A DNA stretch of 54,281 nt, filler included, from Sphacelaria rigidula (Eukaryota), in NCBI GenBank assembly GCA_964200075.2. It is 3 parts of 3 records of this genome, joined end to end, with 100 filler letters (N's around TTAATTAATTAA, not from the genome) between each part and the next. Parts side by side here need not be neighbours in the genome. Positions count along the whole stretch, not along the records: positions 36,258 to 54,281 come from CAXNAA020000933.1; 2 more parts are not named here. One strand, 5' to 3'. Every line of letters begins with the position of its first letter. Within the stretch, counting starts at the first letter, position 1. The notes beneath the pieces are model-generated. The model did no database searches and was not told where the DNA came from. It saw nothing but the letters and a program-made list of their open reading frames with translations. Below, in pieces: positions 49,301-54,281 of the stretch. A program made the position numbers and the translations under genes.

Positions 49301-52300
49301 CAACAACAATATACGACAAATACTGTCAAGGGTATGTGGGCTGGCGAGGACAGGTGGCTCTGAGTTGCTCGACGACGAATGGGGCCGCTTCTAATCCTCT
49401 TGTGCAATTGTGCAGCGAGCTTTGTGATGTTTGAAGCTGTAAAATTTGGTCTCTTCAAGATATTTCGCGCGGGCTAGACCGTGCGTCGCATCCATCACGT
49501 ATCGAATATTTCGCGAGCGTCCACAACAAGCAGTGTATTCTGTATTATTACCCGACGTTTACTAGTTCCATCCGTCGTGACACCCGCCTTTTTGCTGTGT
49601 TTTGGGCAAAATTGATCTTGACACGCTAAAATTTCAAACCACACCCCATTGTCCACCTGCCTCCCTCCCGACTCTTCTCTTTTCCCCGAAAAAAGAGTAT
49701 GTTCTGTCCGGAGGGAAGCTCCAAGCCATCCGGGGCGGGAGAATGCCCGTCGGGCTTCTATTGTCCAGCTGGGATACGTTTATCTTGTCCAGTCGGCACT
49801 TATTGCCCTCGGGAAGGGCACTGGGATCCCATGCCTTGCCCCCCCGGGCATTTCAGTGCTATGGTCGGCCAGCAGGCCTGTATGGTGTGTCCTAGGGGGT
49901 ATATTTGCCCGGGGTTTGGTCGGATCGACCCTGCGGTGTGCCCGGCTGGAATGGTCTGCAGTCGTACTTCGCTGACTTCACCGAATCAACGGTGCCCTCC
50001 AGGTACGCAAAATGAACAGATCTTAATTATGAGTAATGGTTTCAAAATCTTTGTCAACGTCACCCACTGTCGACACTGAAACCAGGGCGTACATAAAAGC
50101 AATATTTTGTGTCGAGGTGATAAGCAATGACCGCGCCAGCCCCGCAAGTCAAATCCGAGAACATTTGATGACTACAGCTGAACAGCGTCAATTGACTTCT
50201 TCCCCATGTGGGGGTCCCACCGTAATGTGGTTCCTTCGGTGCGCGGGGGGGAGGGGAGGNNNNNNNNNNTAGGCTGGTGTGGAGTTGGGCCTTGTGTTCT
50301 CCGTTTGGTATTGTGGTGCCGGGGGGGGGGGGGGGGGAGGGGAGGGGGGAACTTGACGGAAGTCGAAAACCTGCGCTAGATTCGGCACGCCATATTTCGC
50401 GCGAGGCGCCGCACTTGAGCGAGCTCAAGCCCAAAATCCTCGTACTATGCCATCTGATTCGGCTCACGCGCAACCGCAGTGAAGGAGGGTGCCCACTATT
50501 TGTAGTTGGTTGGGTCGGAGACAGGTGGAGAGGTGCATACCCTGAGCGACACGAAAGGTCCTCGCTGTGGGCTTGATCCGGTGCTGCGTCCATGTGTTGT
50601 GGATAAAAATGTATAGCATGTAGTTCAGGATAGTACATCATGTCGAGTGTGCCAGTGGTTCAGGCCTGATCGCTGGGGGGTTCATCCGCGACGAGATATC
50701 CCTCCTCTACAAGCGCGTGGAAAGTACAGAGCCAGGTGTAGCTGAGACGTCTAAACTCTACATTTTCCTCTCCCGGATGTTGACGTGGCATTCCGTCACT
50801 CCCAAACAAGCTAGGTTTCTATCTTTGTCCCCACTGGCGTACGTTCGTACGCCGACATTGATATGATATTCCCTGCAGTTACGCCCTTTCTAGTGAGTCG
50901 CGACTGTTGCACAGGTACGTTGATACCTGCATCATCGTTATCGCCTTGTGTTTCGTAACCATACGCAAAAATACAGGATTTTACTGTCCCGACGGCACGC
51001 TTACCTCGGACCCCTTCCGGAATGACACGACGCTACGGCCGTACGCGTGCTCGCCGGGGTCTTACTGTCTGGGTGGTGTCGGTTACTCTGAAGTCCGCAC
51101 CGGAGACTATCACTATGCGCAGACTTGTCCCGCGGGGTTCTACTGCGAGGCAGCCAGGTAGCTATGTAACAACGAGCTCCTTGCTTCCGCTCTTCCCTTC
51201 AAAAAACGCTTGACGCCCAAGGAGTGCATGCGGCCAATTCGGCAACAAATGACAAAACCCTGATAGACGGCGAGAACGGTCGACGTGTTTCGAAGCAGAG
51301 TCAAGGTCGGCTGTTTGGCAGAAACCAGCGTAGCTGTGGGATGGGGATCCAAAGCGAACGAATACCAAGTACTAGATCATCTCCCATGAGTACCAATAGC
51401 GGTCGTTGAAACGCGTCAGCAAACCAGAAAGATGTACAGCATAGACATTAACCACCCGAAATATTGAGAAACCCCCACGGACCAACTGCCGCCTCTCAGC
51501 GTCGACCCCAACTGACCGCTTTCGACTCGCGGCCGAACATTATTGCGAATCTATCAAGCGCGATCTGCTGTGCTGTCCTCGCAATACACCTCAATGACTA
51601 TGATTTTTTGCAGTTCTGGTCCAACCGGGAGCGGTCTATGTCCGAAAGGATTCTACTGTCCAGCAGGCACAGCTGTCCCTATCCCGAGCCCCAAGGGATA
51701 CTTCAGCGACTTGGAAGGGACAGTTTCAGCGTCCGTTTGCTTGCCGGGCTTCTACGCACCGACAATCGAGGTGTGAAATGGTCGAAATGTGGAATGCGGA
51801 ACAATCGTTGGAGATGAATTAAATAGCTTGGTACATTTTCTCTTGGTTCGAACTACACTCTGTTCATACCAGTAGACTTGAGAATCGCGACAGGCACCAT
51901 CGTGTGAAGTTCTGTAACACCAGAGTACTCATTAAAAATGAACGTTCTGCGACCGACGGAAGAAACTGTACATGGTGAGATAATGTGATTCGTGAACTCC
52001 GCTGCAGGAGAGATTGTCGAAGAAAGCTGTCAATACTACTATCCAACCAGGTCATGTCTGGGGGGATCAGAACTATCAGTTGCCTTGCCTGGGTCTGTCG
52101 GTATTATACTCCAAGGCTCGTGATGTATCCACAATAGCCACTATGGGTGAAAGGTAGTAGTTTTCTCCTTTGCCGAGTAGTAGGTACCCGCTGGTACCCG
52201 TGTTGGCGATGAATCTTGACATCTCTCTGGCTGCTCAAATCTGGCGAATGTGAACGGGCTCGTCGTATGTGCGCATATCTCGTCGCAGTTACATACCTCA

Positions 52301-54092
52301 CTCTACTCTATCGTCTCTTGTCTTCCGTTTTCAATTTACCACAGTCTGAGGAGTGCTACCCGTGCCCACCAGGCACCACGTGCGCTGAAGATGGGACCAG
52401 TGTTGCTGATATCTGTCCTCCCGGAACGTATCGATCAACCCTCGACGAAGATGGAACCCCCTGTGCCGCATGCCCGCAGGGAACATGGTCCAAAAACTGG
52501 GAGCTCAGGTTAGGTTTCCTGGTACCAGATAGCTACAACGCAACTACTCAGTTCCACTTTCGTCGAAACCCCAACCTAGTAGCTACAGAAATGTAGACAG
52601 GAATAAAAGGACGGAAAATAGACACCAGAAGTGCAAAAAGATGGCGTCGAGTTGAACTTCAGCTTTTGTTCACCAAATAAAATTTTAGTGTCAGGACAGC
52701 GTTATGTTAACCTCCCAACCACAGACGATTGAGCACGTGTTGACGATACGTTGTGTCTTTTGAGGCGCGGGTATATCGCGGTATTCTGCACGGTACGGTA
52801 CCAGGTGTTTTCGGTAGGGTACGGTACGGTACGGTACAGTGCGGCACGAAGGACTCGCACCACGTCATCACGGGTAGAGGAAAAATCTATCTTGTAACAC
52901 CTCCGTACGGTAATGTGATGGGCTTTGCACTTTTTTGTGGCACTGCGGATAGTATCCAAATACTTTGATGAACCACGTTAGCCGTGGCACAAAACACCGA
53001 GGACAGCGTTTGTGTTTTGCTACCGATCCTGTGCTGGATGCCGTTCAACCGAACTCTGAGCCAAGCCAAAGTTGCGAGGGTCGCAATCGTAAGTTACGGT
53101 AGCACTGTCGACGGTACTGCAGAATCAGGCCCGATAATGCCTGGCTGAGTAAGGGTAGCTGCGACGCTGTACCATCCTATAGTATGCGGTCGATGTTGAC
53201 ACGCAAATATCTTGACATAGGCGGTGTTGGGGACATCTGTCGGTCTGCTGTTGAGGGACACCTGTCGGTCTGCTATTGATACGGTGTTGGGTGACTAGCA
53301 TAGTTTCCGTGGTCAATCGCACGGAAGTTCGGGAAACAATACTACACGTGAACAACCTCTGCATTCCGGTTCGTTCTAACAAGGGTTCACGATATCTCCT
53401 GCCCATTCCAACTACAGCCATGGTGTGCACGGACGCTGACCCATGTGCTTGATCAACAGCACTAAGTATATTGTGTATCACATAGTTCCATCAGCAACTG
53501 TTTGGACCGCAAAACTTCACGCTCACCCCATTAAACGTTTCGTGGTGGTGCATAGGGAAGCCGGAGAGTGTCAGCGATGTCCCACGGGTATGGTATGCTC
53601 GGTGGAAAGCATGGTACACCCCTGCAGTAGGGATGACCTGCCCACACCGTTCGAGCCCGTGGTCAGCGTCAACAGCCTTCCTATGTTAGAGTGAGTGCGT
53701 CATAGGGTAAGATGCTGTCGTATCATGCTACGCAATGCGCGTAAGGGAATCGAATTGGCATCGGATCGACAACACCGTATGCCTGATGTGAAATTATGCA
53801 ACGGAAACTGAGTAGTTTTATTTCTCACCTGTTTTATCGCATACCGTGATCCTACACCAACACTGTTATTTTTTCAAATAGAAGCACCGCTACAACGTGG
53901 TAGCTTTGACTACTCGCACGGGAAGGTTTTTCAACGTGGGTATTTTTTGCTCCAACCGTTTATCATGTGCTCTGGTTCGATTTTCGCAGATACATGTACA
54001 GCGAATTTGCTAGACCGGGATACTTCAGCGGTTACGAGTGTCTCCACCTCAATGACGGCTACGCCGACGGTACCTTGGACCCTGTCGATCAG
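36511..54092 (+). CDS. Giant extracellular multidomain protein (beta-rich GDxP repeats + 4 IPT/TIG + GCC2/GCC3 Cys-rich repeats), partial at both ends
   Basis: 19 phase-consistent GT-AG exons totalling 6198 nt (2066 codons): 36511-37344, 38123-38628, 38918-40631, 40948-41133, 41459-41643, 42367-42529, 43574-43933, 44386-44775, 45259-45378, 45997-46259, 47612-47779, 48277-48393, 49142-49286, 49696-50002, 50977-51157, 51614-51770, 52345-52508, 53556-53690 and 53990-54092. Many N-x-S/T sequons. The acceptor of the first exon is the least certain. Confidence 0.9.
38123..38628 (+). CDS. Giant protein exon: beta-rich repeats
   Basis: aacag|LEGALEALSSIDNV...WNVTFSG...GNVPLL; donor CG|gtgagt. Confidence 0.9.
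38918..40631 (+). CDS. Giant protein exon: beta-rich GDxP repeats and start of IPT/TIG 1
   Basis: ORF 38892-40655; WAVTF...GDVPLL, GDLPLL, PDHGPVHGGTE|gtgaga. Confidence 0.92.
40948..45378 (+). CDS. Giant protein IPT/TIG exons (40948-41133, 41459-41643, 42367-42529, 43574-43933, 44386-44775, 45259-45378)
   Basis: Recurrent P-x-x-GP-x-x-G-x-x-V-x-x-x-G-x-x-F...L-x-CRFG...C-x-x-P...VEV-x-x-N-x-x-D-Y pattern, four copies. Confidence 0.88.
45997..54092 (+). CDS. Giant protein Cys-rich (GCC2/GCC3, ephrin-receptor-like) exons
   Basis: Repeated CPxGxYCPxG motifs in 10 exons, e.g. CPRGTYQPLEGRSACLRCPVGFHCP and CPAGFYCEAA. Confidence 0.9.
46901..47164. repeat. Near-perfect 132-bp tandem duplication in an intron
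   Basis: gagattgttgggt... starts at 46901 and again at 47033; only a few substitutions. Confidence 0.95.
48694..49044 (+). mobile_element. tRNA-derived SINE in an intron of the giant gene
   Basis: Pol III A box TGGCTCAGTTGG (48707-48718), B box GGTTCGAATC (48751-48760), ~270-bp body, (CA)n tail, candidate TSD ACATCA (48688-48693 / 49045-49050). Confidence 0.75.
50260..50269. other. Assembly gap (10 N) in a G-rich intronic tract
   Basis: N run between poly-G stretches. Confidence 0.95.
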
Positions 54093-54281
54093 GTAAAAGA
54101 CAGTACGTAGTTTCTCTGTTTACCCGCTACAGCATGGCGGCGGCTGCGGTTCTGCTTTGCTTTTGTACGCAATCAATCGAAGAAGTATCAGGGTTCCGGT
54201 TGCACACGTCAGCAGACCCGAACGATCTCTAAGGCCCAATATTATTGACACCGTTTTGTTCAGAGATCTCAGAATTTTTCA

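Overview
Eukaryotic, intron-rich and repeat-rich genomic DNA. By inference it is brown-algal (Phaeophyceae, Ectocarpus-like), based on one-LRR-per-72-nt exons, RTE-type LINEs and a stramenopile-type giant surface protein. Three spliced + strand genes could be assembled by hand with phase-consistent splice sites. (1) 6802-14898: a ~550-aa protein with a 4-TM module resembling half of an XK-related scramblase fold, followed by eight 24-aa LRRs, each on its own 72-nt phase-1 exon (one with a GC donor), and a distant LRR C-cap exon. (2) 19760-31486: a NEK-like Ser/Thr kinase whose catalytic domain is split by a 9.3-kb intron full of nested mobile elements; its 3' end was not found. (3) 36511-54092: 19 exons (2066 codons, both ends missing) of a giant extracellular protein with beta-rich GDxP repeats, four IPT/TIG domains and GCC2/GCC3-type Cys-rich repeats. 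The rest is mobile-element debris: two decayed LINEs, a hAT-type MITE with an 8-bp TSD, a TA-flanked TIR element, tRNA-derived SINEs, a 600-bp-arm inverted repeat and a microsatellite-capped palindromic element. There are also two artificial N-TTAATTAATTAA-N scaffold linkers and one short gap. Most short ORFs in the six-frame track are spurious. The best candidate for a new system is the XK-like-TM plus cassette-LRR protein.
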